From: an uncultured bacterium
GTDB lineage: Bacteria > Verrucomicrobiota > Lentisphaeria > Victivallales > UBA1829
Length of the DNA stretch: 64,000 bases
Reading direction: 5' to 3'
Assembly (NCBI GenBank): GCA_902774245.1
Contig: CACYHQ010000012.1
Coordinates: forward strand, 2,158-66,157
The notes beneath the pieces are model-generated. The model saw only the letters and a list, made by a program, of their open reading frames with translations, searched no databases and had not been told where the DNA came from. The first letter of the stretch is position 1; each line of letters opens with the position of its first letter. Below, one piece after another: positions 1 to 7,316 of the stretch. The position numbers were made by a program, and so were the translations under genes.

Positions 1-743
1 TCCTTGAGGAACTGAGGCGTGTCATCGGTCAGTTCTTCCGGTTTGAGGTTGAACGGCGCATGGTCATAGAATCCCTGCTTGAAATCCTTTGTCCTCTGAG
101 CTGCGAGAGAGGCACGTTTCTCATCCCGCTTTTCGGCGCTGTCTTCTTTATCGTCGTAGCCGTTGGCGATCACACGGGTCATATCGTACATTGTGGACGC
201 CACTGTCGCCTTGATGCGCGGATCGGCCGAAGCCGCGTTGATCGCCATGCCGCCCCAGCCGCAGATGCCGAGGATGCCGACGCGTTCCGGGTCGACGAAA
301 TCGCGCGTGACGAGATAATCGACCGCGGCGCTGAAGTCTTCGGTATTGAGATCGGGGGAGGCGACATTGCGGGGCTCTCCGCTGCTTTCGCCAGTAAACG
401 ACGGGTCGAACGCCACGGTCACGAATCCGCGGGCGGCGAGTTCCTGAGCATAAAGCCCGGAGGACTGTTCCTTCACCGCGCCGAATGGTCCGCTGACCGC
501 AATCGCCGGATATTTCCCGGAAGAATTGAAATCCTTCGGCAGGTAAAGATGCCCGGCGAGCGTGATGCCGAAACGGTTTTTGAACTGGACATCGTGGGCT
601 TCGATGTCGGGATTGATTGCGAAGACGCGGGTATCCTGCGAGATGCCGTTCATGTTTGTTTTCTCCATTTCCGTTGTTGAGGTGGTGCATGCCGTTCCGA
701 GCAGGCAGAGCATGGCGAGGGCGGTCGGGATGATCTTCTTCAT
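1..743 (-). CDS. alpha/beta hydrolase, dienelactone-hydrolase-like, lipoprotein-type leader (3' end outside window)
   Basis: The minus frame is open from the window edge to ATG at 741-743. It is absent from the track because no stop lies in the window. Hand translation: MKKIIPTALAMLCLLGTAC (lipobox-like) ...YPAIAVSGPFGAVKEQ...VGILGICGWGGM. The last segment is a G-x-C-x-G nucleophile elbow as in Cys-type dienelactone hydrolases. Confidence 0.75.
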   Translation of the reverse strand, partial: MKKIIPTALAMLCLLGTACTTSTTEMEKTNMNGISQDTRVFAINPDIEAHDVQFKNRFGITLAGHLYLPKDFNSSGKYPAIAVSGPFGAVKEQSSGLYAQELAARGFVTVAFDPSFTGESSGEPRNVASPDLNTEDFSAAVDYLVTRDFVDPERVGILGICGWGGMAINAASADPRIKATVASTMYDMTRVIANGYDDKEDSAEKRDEKRASLAAQRTKDFKQGFYDHAPFNLKPEELTDDTPQFLK

Positions 744-1001
744 GTTGAGTTTTCCTTTCGCCGGACGAACCGGCTTTGAGTTGTTGTTCATGTCGTAAAC
801 CAGATAATCCAGACAGTCGATCCGTTTCTGATTCTCATGAACCGTGTTCAATAAAACGGTGCGCTGTTGTGCCAGAATCCGATGTACCGCGGTTTCCCGT
901 CCTTCTTCGAGCAGGGAAATGATTCTCGCTATCTCCGACTCGGGGAAACCGGCATCCGTCAGATTCCGGCGCATCAGGAATTCACTGTTTGTTTCGTCCA
1001 T
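744..1001 (-). CDS. small helical ORF, in frame with and not separated by a stop from the hydrolase below
   Basis: ATG at 999-1001 with GGAG 9 nt upstream. There are 86 codons with no stop down to the hydrolase ATG: MDETNSEFLMRRNLTDAGFPESEIARIISLLEEGRETAVHRILAQQRTVLLNTVHENQKRIDCLDYLVYDMNNNSKPVRPAKGKLN. Confidence 0.4.
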
Positions 1002-1030
1002 TTTCAGGTTCTCCGTTGTTGCCTGCAACT

Positions 1031-1059
1031 AATATACATGCCGTTCAGAACAATAGCAA
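1031..1059 (-). promoter_or_regulatory. sigma70-like promoter TTGCTA-17-TATATT for the 1001 ORF
   Basis: Reverse strand reads TTGCTA ttgttctgaacggcatg TATATT, about 30 nt upstream of ATG 1001. Confidence 0.4.
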
Positions 1060-1086
1060 ATACTTATATTTTATATCACGCCATGC

Positions 1087-1114
1087 TTGAAAAGCATAGA
1101 AAGTGTGCTATATT
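1087..1114 (+). promoter_or_regulatory. sigma70-like promoter TTGAAA-16-TATATT for the LysR gene
   Basis: TTGAAA at 1087-1092 and TATATT at 1109-1114. It is divergent from the 1031-1059 promoter. Confidence 0.45.
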
Positions 1115-1143
1115 ACTCGAAACACGGAAGGAGTGAATCGATT

Positions 1144-2040
1144 ATGTTGGAAACACGAGTCCTGCGTTATTTCCTGGCTGTTGCGCGTGAAGGTTCCATT
1201 ACCGCCGCCGCACAATCTTTGCATGTGACCCAGCCGACCTTGTCGCGCCAGCTGATGGATTTGGAGGACAAGCTCGGGCAGAAACTATTTGTGCGCGGAG
1301 CCCATCATGTGGTCCTGACGCCGGAAGGAATCCTTCTGCGCAAACGCGCAAGCGAGATTCTTGAACTTGTCGGCAAAACCGAATCGGAATTCAGTTCCAT
1401 GGGGGAAAACATCGCCGGAGACGTGTATATCGGGAGCGGAGAGACCGATGCCATGAACCGGATCGCCGCAGTTATCCGTGAAATCCGCATGGATTATCCT
1501 GACGTACATTTTCATATTTACAGCGGCAACGCCGAGGATGTCATGGACCGCCTCGACAAAGGAATGCTCGATTTCGGCATCCTGATCCAGCCTGTGGATA
1601 TCGCGAAATACAATGCCCTGAACCTGCCGGAAAAGGATGTCTGGGGTGTCGCGATGAGGCGGGATTGTCCGCTCGCGAGGAAAAAACGGATTACGAAGGA
1701 CGATCTGCTGGACTATCCGCTCATCTTTTCCCGCCAGGTGGCGCAGAGCAGCCCCGTGAAAAATCCGTGCATCGACTGGTTCGCGGGCAACTACAAAAAA
1801 CTGAATATCGTCGCCACCTACAATCTGATTTACAATGCGGCGCTTCTGGTCAAAAGCGGTCTCGGCGTGGCGATCACGCTGGACAAGCTTCTGAACGTGA
1901 CGGCCCACAGCGATCTGGTGTTCCGTCCGCTCGAGCCGCGTCTGGAATCCGGTCTGGATGTTGTCTGGAAGAAGTATCAGGTCTTCTCTGCTGCCGCCGA
2001 GCTGTTTCTCTCCCGGTTGCAGGAGCAGCTTCAAAAATGA
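1144..2040 (+). CDS. LysR-family transcriptional regulator
   Basis: MLETRVLRYFLAVAREGSITAAAQSLHVTQPTLSRQLMDLEDKLGQKLF is a canonical LysR wHTH. GGAGTG Shine-Dalgarno lies before ATG 1144. The track start at 1087 lies inside the promoter. Confidence 0.9.
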   Translation: MLETRVLRYFLAVAREGSITAAAQSLHVTQPTLSRQLMDLEDKLGQKLFVRGAHHVVLTPEGILLRKRASEILELVGKTESEFSSMGENIAGDVYIGSGETDAMNRIAAVIREIRMDYPDVHFHIYSGNAEDVMDRLDKGMLDFGILIQPVDIAKYNALNLPEKDVWGVAMRRDCPLARKKRITKDDLLDYPLIFSRQVAQSSPVKNPCIDWFAGNYKKLNIVATYNLIYNAALLVKSGLGVAITLDKLLNVTAHSDLVFRPLEPRLESGLDVVWKKYQVFSAAAELFLSRLQEQLQK

Positions 2041-2167
2041 CTTCGCCCGGCCCCTAATTGGAGCCGAGCGAATCAAAAACCCTTAACCAAGGAGGATCAT
2101 ATACGATTCGATGTTACTGGAAGATTTTTTGTGTTGAATTATTTTCGGCAAACATCGTAAAATTCAT

Positions 2168-2196
2168 TTGAAAAGCGATTCAGGATGGTGTATATT
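2168..2196 (+). promoter_or_regulatory. sigma70-like promoter TTGAAA-17-TATATT
   Basis: TTGAAA at 2168-2173 and TATATT at 2191-2196, upstream of the GH5 gene. Confidence 0.45.
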
Positions 2197-2283
2197 GTCG
2201 ATACAAACCAAAAGGCTTTGTTAATATCATTCGGAAAATTCCGCAACCCCCCTCCTTATTCAACATTCAAAGGAAGCTCTGAT

Positions 2284-3441
2284 ATGAAAAAAGCAATGAA
2301 TCATTGGAACTGTTTTTTGATGGGACTCGCTGCATTCGCGCTGTTCATTCTGGCAGGATGCAGTTCCGTAGACAGGGGAAACGGAGTGCGAGTTTCCGAC
2401 TTCAAAGTCAAGCGAGGAACAAACCTCAGCCACTGGTTTTCACAAACCGGAGTGCGAGGGGCTGCACGTGCAGCCAGAGTAAAGGAAGATGATTTCATCC
2501 GCTTGAAAGAATTTGGATTTGACCATGTCAGAATCCCGATTGATGAAGAACAATTCTGGGACAACAACGGGAACAAACTGACGGATGCCTGGGAACTGCT
2601 GGATGCGTCCATCAAGCTCGCCCTCAAGCATGAACTGCGCGTTATTGTGGATTTGCATATCATCCGCAGTTTTTATTTCAATGCATCCATCGAAGGCAAC
2701 AATACGAATACACTTTTCACAGAAGAAAAATCACAGGAACAATTAGTGAATCTGTGGAGAGAGCTTTCCGCGGCGCTGAAAGGATTCCCGACAGACTGGG
2801 TGGCATACGAATTTCTGAATGAACCGGTCGCGGATGATCCGGAACAATGGAACAATCTCATCGCGAAAGTACATAAGACTTTGCGTCAGCTGGAACCCGA
2901 ACGCGTACTGGTGATCGGGTCCAATATGTGGCAGGATGTGGATACGTTCAAAGACCTGAAGATTCCGAAGGGAGACAAGAATATTCTGCTCAGCTTCCAT
3001 TATTACAGGCCGATGGCAATAACACATTACCGTGCAAGCTGGAACCCCGTGGGCAAGTATTACGGTCAAGTTCATTATCCCGGTATTGTGATTGCACAGG
3101 CTGATTTCGACAAACTGCCCGAAGCGCAAAAAGAAACATTCCAATCTTTTACAACGAACTGGGATCGCAGTGTGCTGAGAGAACAGATTCTTCAGGCGGT
3201 AACGGTGGCAAAGAAACTCGGTCTGCCCCTCTTCTGCGGTGAATGGGGTGTGATTTCCTCGTGTCCGCGTGAGCCCGCGTATAATTGGTACCGCGATATG
3301 ATATCCGTGTTCGATGAGTTTGACATCGGCTGGACTACATGGAATTACGATTCAGGGTTCGGATTCTGGAATTCCTATACAAAACAAGTATCCGACAAGC
3401 CCATGCTTGAAATCCTGACCTCAGGGAAAGGTCTGAAGTAA
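2284..3441 (+). CDS. glycoside hydrolase family 5 (endoglucanase/mannanase-like) lipoprotein
   Basis: Lipoprotein leader MKKAMNHWNCFLMGLAAFALFILAGC. GH5 acid/base motif YEFLNEP and nucleophile motif FCGEWG. Start moved to ATG 2284. Confidence 0.85.
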   Translation: MKKAMNHWNCFLMGLAAFALFILAGCSSVDRGNGVRVSDFKVKRGTNLSHWFSQTGVRGAARAARVKEDDFIRLKEFGFDHVRIPIDEEQFWDNNGNKLTDAWELLDASIKLALKHELRVIVDLHIIRSFYFNASIEGNNTNTLFTEEKSQEQLVNLWRELSAALKGFPTDWVAYEFLNEPVADDPEQWNNLIAKVHKTLRQLEPERVLVIGSNMWQDVDTFKDLKIPKGDKNILLSFHYYRPMAITHYRASWNPVGKYYGQVHYPGIVIAQADFDKLPEAQKETFQSFTTNWDRSVLREQILQAVTVAKKLGLPLFCGEWGVISSCPREPAYNWYRDMISVFDEFDIGWTTWNYDSGFGFWNSYTKQVSDKPMLEILTSGKGLK

Positions 3442-3462
3442 ATTCAGATGCCTATCCTTGTA

Positions 3463-4053
3463 CTATCGTTCTATAGTCTTCTCGTTCACGTGCGAATATA
3501 GAATGTGCTTCGGGCAAAAACTCAGGATGGCATCCCAGTCTTTCTTCAATGCAGGGTTCTCCCGATAGGCGGAAAGATATTCCATCGGCTCCAAGTCCCC
3601 GACAAAGCAATCACCGTCATCGAGAATGAGCGAAACGCTGTCCCTGCTATGGCTGGGCGTGGAGATGATTTCCCCGTCTATTCCGATTCCCGCCAGAAAA
3701 GCCCGGCTTTCACTGCAACTGACGACCTTGGCCTCCGATTCGTCAAAGGGGAGAAAACGCAGATGTTTTTCACGGGAGAAGATTTGATCCGAGTAATGAA
3801 CATCGTTTCTTTGCGTGTCCATCAGGAGAAGCCTGACGCCCTGTTTCATCAGGTCGGGTATCAAGCCCATGTGGTCCGGGTGGTAATGCGTGGCCAGAAC
3901 GAAAGAAATGTCCTTTGTATGGATTCCGGTCGCCTTTAATGCCTTGTAAAAAGCCGGCAGCATCCCCGCATAATCCGTGTCGACCAGCAAATACCCGCTT
4001 TTACCTGTCACAAGGAAGGTATTGGTATTTCCGTATCTCAGCTTGATGGTCAT
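3463..4053 (-). CDS. MBL-fold metallo-hydrolase
   Basis: HxHxDH motif in VLATHYHPDHMGLIP; length typical of small beta-lactamase-fold hydrolases. Confidence 0.8.
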   Translation of the reverse strand: MTIKLRYGNTNTFLVTGKSGYLLVDTDYAGMLPAFYKALKATGIHTKDISFVLATHYHPDHMGLIPDLMKQGVRLLLMDTQRNDVHYSDQIFSREKHLRFLPFDESEAKVVSCSESRAFLAGIGIDGEIISTPSHSRDSVSLILDDGDCFVGDLEPMEYLSAYRENPALKKDWDAILSFCPKHILYSHVNEKTIER

Positions 4054-4091
4054 TTCAAGACCTCAGTCCTCTAATCCTCTCCGTCTCCGCC

Positions 4092-5146
4092 TCATCCGGC
4101 GTGGCAGCGTCCGTCCGAGCGTTTCGGGCAGTCCGCCTGCGGATGTCCGGTACCCATGCAGCGGTAGCAGATTTCATTCTCCAGAGGCGCGCCAGCGAAA
4201 TAGGCGTCAAGATTGGCAAGTGTGGTCGTGGCGATGTTGGCCAGCGCCTCGCGGGTCAGGAACGCCTGATGCGAGGTGACAATGACATTCGGCATGGATA
4301 CCAGCAGCGACAGCGTACGGTTCTGCCGGGTCACCTCGGAGCGGTCTTCGTAAAACCACTCGCTTTCCTCCTCGTAGACATCCAGTCCCGCCGCACCGAC
4401 CCGACCGTCCCTGAGCGCGGAGAGCAGAGCTTCGCTGTCCACCAGAGCGCCGCGCGAGGTATTGATGAGTACGACGCCCGGTTTGACTTTTGAGAACGTC
4501 TCCCCGCTGAACAGATGCTTTGTTTCGGGCATGAGCGGGCAGTGCAACGATATGACGTCCGATTCCGCAAGCAGAGTATCAAGCGGAACGAACTCGATGC
4601 CGTCCTGCGGTTTCGGGAAGGCATCGTATGCGAGGACACGCATACCGAAGCCGAGGCAGATGCCCGCGAAAATACGCCCGATCTTGCCCATCCCGATCAC
4701 GCCGGCGGTTTTTCCGTGAAGGTCGAAGCCCGTAAGCCCAACAAGCGAGAAATTGAAGTCGCGGGTCCGGGCTGCGGCCTTGTGGATGTGCCGGTTCAAC
4801 GTCAGCAGCAGCGCGGCGGCATGCTCCGCGACCGCGTAAGGCGAGTAGGCGGGCACACGGACGACCGTCAGACCGGCTTCAAAGGCGGCCTTGAAGTCAA
4901 CGTTGTTGTAGCCTGCGCACCGCAACGCCAGTACCTTGATCCCCTCCGAAACAAGCCCCTCTACGACCGCACGGTCGATCTCCGCATTCACGAACGCGCA
5001 TGCGCCGCGTCACAGCCCTTTGCAAGAGGCAGCGCCGCCGCGGTCAGCCTTGTCTCGAAATACCGGATGTCATAACGCCCGTTGTTGAGCAGGTCGAAGG
5101 ATTCCCTGTTGTAGAGTTTCGTATCAAAGAATGCGATTTTCTTCAT
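4092..5146 (-). pseudogene. ldhA: D-lactate/D-2-hydroxyacid dehydrogenase, reading frame broken near 4988-5010, with a C-terminal CCHC zinc knuckle
   Basis: N-terminal 52 codons (ATG 5146, AGGAGA SD) read MKKIAFFDTKLYNRESFDLLNNGRYDIRYFETRLTAAALPLAKGCDAA and hit TGA at 4988-4990. The rest (4092-4991) continues in another frame as (V)NAEIDRAVVEGL...GKTAGVIGMGKIG (NAD-binding motif). Confidence 0.75.
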
Positions 5147-5181
5147 GTTTTTCTCCTAATAATTTGACTTCGTTCCGTTTT

Positions 5182-5337
5182 TCAAAGAATCCGGTAATGC
5201 GGGATGATGTCCTCGAAGGAACCGTCCTTCTTCCGGAATCCGCCCGGAATCACGCCAAGCTGAACGAATCCGAGCTTGCGATAAAGAGCAAGAGCGCTTT
5301 CGTTTGTCCCGATCTTCGCTTCCTCGGGGGGAGACAT
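5182..5337 (-). pseudogene. C-terminal remnant of a GNAT N-acetyltransferase (51 codons)
   Basis: MSPPEEAKIGTNESALALYRKLGFVQLGVIPGGFRKKDGSFEDIIPHYRIL matches only the last third of a GNAT fold (N..A..lY.k.GF motif). Its ATG overlaps the TAA of the upstream gene (TAATG at 5335-5339). Confidence 0.6.
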
Positions 5338-6062
5338 TACGGATTGTAGATCAGCGGGCCGTTACCGTCGCCGCCGGTCATGCCGGGGACATCGTAGGTC
5401 CATTTGGAACGACGTTTGGACTTGGAGTTGCTGCCCCCTTTTTCGGATTGCGGCGTGATGATGATCGGCTCGTCCAACGCCTCCTGCATCGGCTGGGGCA
5501 ACTGCTGTACGGCCTGCTCGACCTGCTGCGTGACCGGCCCTTCAAGTTGGCGCGCCATTTCCTGTATCTGCTCGGCGCTGGGCATGTTCTGCATGACCTG
5601 TTCGACCTGTTGAGTGACTGGTCCTTCAAGCTGGCGTGCCATTTCCTGTATCTGTTCGGCGCTGGGCATGTTCCGCATGACCTGTTCGACTAGAGGCTGG
5701 AGCTCCTGCACGGCCTGCTGGACCTGGCCGATGTCCACCTCGAAGCCATCGGTGTAATAGACCACACTGGAGATTTCATTGCTCGGACGGGGCTTTTGAC
5801 CCGGTTTGGGATCGGGCCCCGGCTTCGAATTCGGCTTCGGATTGGATCCCTGAGTCGGCTTCTCCGCGGGAGTCGTGGACTGCCGCTGCGGCTTGGTTTT
5901 ATGCTTCGGCTTGGGTGCAGGTTTCACGATTGCCTTATCGACTACGGGGATGCTTTCCCCCACGAATATCCTCGTCCCTCCGCCGGATCCGGCGAACGCC
6001 ATGGTGATTCCAAACCCCGCGATCAGGGCAGTCATCGCGAATCGTATCAGAGGTCTGTTCAT
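5337..6062 (-). CDS. hypothetical secreted/anchored protein with a Pro/Lys-rich linker and a duplicated 28-aa module
   Basis: GGAGGAAACGAC precedes ATG 6062. Leader MNRPLIRFAMTALIAGFGITMAFAG, then KPAPKPKHKTKPQ...PGPDPKPGQKPRP, then two copies of VEQVMxNMPSAEQIQEMARQLEGPVTQQ. Confidence 0.6.
   Translation of the reverse strand: MNRPLIRFAMTALIAGFGITMAFAGSGGGTRIFVGESIPVVDKAIVKPAPKPKHKTKPQRQSTTPAEKPTQGSNPKPNSKPGPDPKPGQKPRPSNEISSVVYYTDGFEVDIGQVQQAVQELQPLVEQVMRNMPSAEQIQEMARQLEGPVTQQVEQVMQNMPSAEQIQEMARQLEGPVTQQVEQAVQQLPQPMQEALDEPIIITPQSEKGGSNSKSKRRSKWTYDVPGMTGGDGNGPLIYNP
5523..5690. repeat. tandem duplication, 2 x 84 nt, in-frame coding repeat
   Basis: Copies at 5523-5606 and 5607-5690 differ at only a handful of positions. 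Confidence 0.9.
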
Positions 6063-6139
6063 GTCGTTTCCTCCTTGCATACCGGAGATTTCCGTGCGCA
6101 TTCATTGCTGAATATATTGAAATTGAACCATCGTCCATA

Positions 6140-6168
6140 AATATACCATGCTTCGAAGGAAAAAGCAA
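6140..6168 (-). promoter_or_regulatory. sigma70-like promoter TTGCTT-17-TATATT
   Basis: Reverse strand reads TTGCTT tttccttcgaagcatgg TATATT, upstream of ATG 6062. Confidence 0.35.
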
Positions 6169-6225
6169 ATCAATAAAACGGCAAAATGATCAGCAATCTG
6201 TTAACCCACACGGCATGATTCCCAC

Positions 6226-6261
6226 AAAAAAGAAGGACGCCTCCAATCCGGGGAGACGTCC
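6226..6261 (-). terminator. Rho-independent terminator
   Basis: Reverse strand: GGACGTCTCC ccggatt GGAGGCGTCC (10-bp stem, one mismatch) followed by TTCTTTTTT. It lies directly after the stop at 6285. Confidence 0.55.
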
Positions 6262-6284
6262 CGTATCGTCGATTGTGCTTGAGT

Positions 6285-7046
6285 TCAGATATAGCCCATG
6301 CCTCCACCGAAACCATTGAAGGTATTCTCATCGGGGTTCTGCATCGCTCCAAATCCGTTGATGGCTTCGGTGTCCGTTTGCGGTATCGTTCCGAAGCCGT
6401 TGAAACCTTCGGTATCCGTTTGCGGCATCGTTCCAAATCCCGGGAAGCCTCCGAAAGGCGGCATCGGCATCATTCCGAAACCGCCTGCAAAAGGCGTCGG
6501 CATCGTACCGAAATCGGCGTTCTGCATACCGTTTCCGTTGAAGCCGGGGTTGGGGGTTGCGATTTCGACCGTTACTTCCGGTTCAGTCACGGCGGTCTTG
6601 TTTTTTGCTTCACGGGCCGCCTTGCGTTGGGCGCGCCGTTCTGCGGCCGTGAGTTCCGCAGCGGTTTCATCTGCTTCTGCCGTCAGGACTGTCGTCCTGG
6701 CTGTGCTGGGCTGAGCTCGGAGGACCTGCACAAAGCCGAAAAGGCCGATGGGTACCACGGTTAAGAAGACCGCGACATAAGTCGCAACGGTGATCAGCGG
6801 GTTAGTTGCCTGTGCAACTCCAATGGCGTTTGTCGTGACATTCTTAATAGCCTCCTGACTGCGAGGTGTTTCTGGTTCTCGCTTCTGTCTCAAATAACGG
6901 TGCGGAAAAAACTTTATTGTGCCGGATAAGCTTTTTTCGTATTCGTTTTTTTTCGAGTTCCGGATGTTTTCCCTGAACACTTGCTCCGGTATTAGAGTGT
7001 TGAGCTCACAAGCTATGCGAGGCGAGTATCCCGCTTCCTCGCACAC
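6285..7046 (-). CDS. hypothetical single-pass membrane protein with a Gly/Phe/Asn/Met-rich repetitive C-terminal tail; start uncertain
   Basis: TM segment LITVATYVAVFLTVVPIGLFGFV, a charged AERRAQRKAAREAK helix, then GFGTMPQTDTEGFNGFGTIPQTDTEAINGFG repeats. The track start is a GTG. Confidence 0.5.
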   Translation of the reverse strand: MCEEAGYSPRIACELNTLIPEQVFRENIRNSKKNEYEKSLSGTIKFFPHRYLRQKREPETPRSQEAIKNVTTNAIGVAQATNPLITVATYVAVFLTVVPIGLFGFVQVLRAQPSTARTTVLTAEADETAAELTAAERRAQRKAAREAKNKTAVTEPEVTVEIATPNPGFNGNGMQNADFGTMPTPFAGGFGMMPMPPFGGFPGFGTMPQTDTEGFNGFGTIPQTDTEAINGFGAMQNPDENTFNGFGGGMGYI

Positions 7047-7316
7047 GTAAGGGAAAAGTTTTTCGATTTACATGTCGTACCCGTCGCATCCGTTCAGACG
7101 ACGGATACGACGATTGGTGATAGACTTGGGGTTGACGTCTCCATCCTTTTTTGCCGTTCAGACGAGCGTCAAAGGCAGATAATCCGCACGGGCTTATTTC
7201 AAACAGCGATAGTGCGACATGGCTTTTTCCAGTTTGGCTGTTCTTAATAAACTGCCTCAGGCTCAATTATAGATCAAAGGTTCTCGCGAACACCAGAAAT
7301 CACTTGATAAAGGTTT

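Noticed and set aside
2083-2150. Strong AAGGAGG followed by a 7-codon mini-ORF (MLLEDFLC) between the LysR and GH5 genes
   Set aside because: The SD-ATG spacing is too long at about 15 nt, and the ORF is tiny. There is no supporting structure for a leader-peptide attenuator.
5523-5690. The tandem repeats here, at 21999-22093 and at 39669-39740, considered as CRISPR-like arrays
   Set aside because: They have no spacers. The repeats are directly adjacent, in-frame and inside ORFs, so they are coding duplications.
7090-7164. 11-nt direct repeat ccgttcagacg (7090-7100 and 7154-7164) in the 270-bp gap downstream of the GT2 gene
   Set aside because: It is too short and isolated to assign as an att site, operator or remnant. 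The overlapping 86-aa and 77-aa track ORFs have no motifs or ribosome-binding sites.
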